A stretch of DNA of 64,000 bases from an uncultured Akkermansia sp. (lineage in GTDB: Bacteria > Verrucomicrobiota > Verrucomicrobiia > Verrucomicrobiales > Akkermansiaceae): positions 6,522 through 70,521 of the forward strand of contig CANRLM010000002.1 of assembly GCA_947631435.1 (NCBI GenBank). The letters are read 5' to 3'. A program made the translations under genes and the position numbers. Each line of letters opens with the position of its first letter. Position 1 is the first letter of the stretch. Below are positions 63,547 to 64,000 of the stretch, in pieces. The notes under the pieces were generated by a model. It worked only from the letters and a program-made list of their open reading frames with translations. It was not told where the DNA came from and ran no database searches.

Positions 63547-64000
63547 ATGGAGGGAGATTTGCACAGGGAAGCTCGTCGTTGCGAGTGGGTGGATGCGCGT
63601 ACACTGGAACTTGAGCTTCCGGTTGCGCGCTTACGTCTCTCTTTCCTTGAGGAGGATATTGTGCGCTGCCGCTATGTGACGGGGGCTGTTTTCGAGGCGA
63701 TACCGAGCTATGGCGTGGCAGCGTCTTTCCGGCCGGCGCCGGATCTGGCGTTGGAAGAAGAAGCCGCGGTGGAGGGTTTCCTGAGTATCGTGCGCACCCC
63801 GTCGCTGGAGGTGCGAGTGCGCAGCGCTGATGGTGGATTGGAATTTTATCGCATGCCGCGAGTGCCGGGAGAGGATAAGACGTTGCTTTGTGCGGATGCC
63901 GAAGGCATGGGCCACCGTTTGCAGGAGCGTACCGGGGACGATTTAGTCTGGGTGCTTAAGCAGATGCCGGAGAAGGCACATTTTTTCGGCCTGGGGGATA
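63547..64000 (+). CDS. Probable GH31 alpha-glucosidase, N-terminal part (runs off the window)
   Basis: Own translation: MEGDLHREARR...EDIVRCRY...KQMPEKAHFFGLGD; open to the window end; the HFFGLG motif is typical of GH31 N-terminal domains. Confidence 0.65.
   Translation, partial: MEGDLHREARRCEWVDARTLELELPVARLRLSFLEEDIVRCRYVTGAVFEAIPSYGVAASFRPAPDLALEEEAAVEGFLSIVRTPSLEVRVRSADGGLEFYRMPRVPGEDKTLLCADAEGMGHRLQERTGDDLVWVLKQMPEKAHFFGLGD

Noticed and set aside
1-64000. tRNA, rRNA or tmRNA genes
   Set aside because: No cloverleaf or rRNA-like sequence recognised in any intergenic region by eye; a covariance-model scan was not run.

Overview
Bacterial chromosomal window, inferred to be from an Akkermansia-like verrucomicrobium (MKLHLP-type autotransporter leader, verrucomicrobial-style L28, alpha2-type GlyRS). 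Left to right: (1) 1-4150, an AT-richer array of small Sel1, membrane and TM2 orphan genes punctuated by a repeated post-stop element; (2) housekeeping genes (lipoprotein, RlmI-like methyltransferase, glyQS, thioredoxin-fold protein, carboxyltransferase subunit); (3) a giant ~6,670-aa autotransporter (11467-31482) built from nested repeats; (4) directly downstream and co-oriented, an apparently complete ~24-kb type VI secretion locus (tssB C hcp tagJ tssE F G clpV vgrG, DUF6931-like, TssJ-like paralog, PAAR-like, tssJ K L M A) whose spike and membrane parts are highly atypical; (5) DUF4492-cydAB with a perfect FNR-type box, prfA-prmC, rpmB, purN, a HIT protein and the start of a GH31 gene. The top observation is a 19-bp palindrome, ATCTCTTT-N3-AAAGAGAT, found twice upstream of the giant adhesin and twice upstream of the T6SS, which suggests a co-regulated adhesin plus T6SS system. 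All family assignments come from motif recognition by eye; no database searches were run, so novelty is not established.
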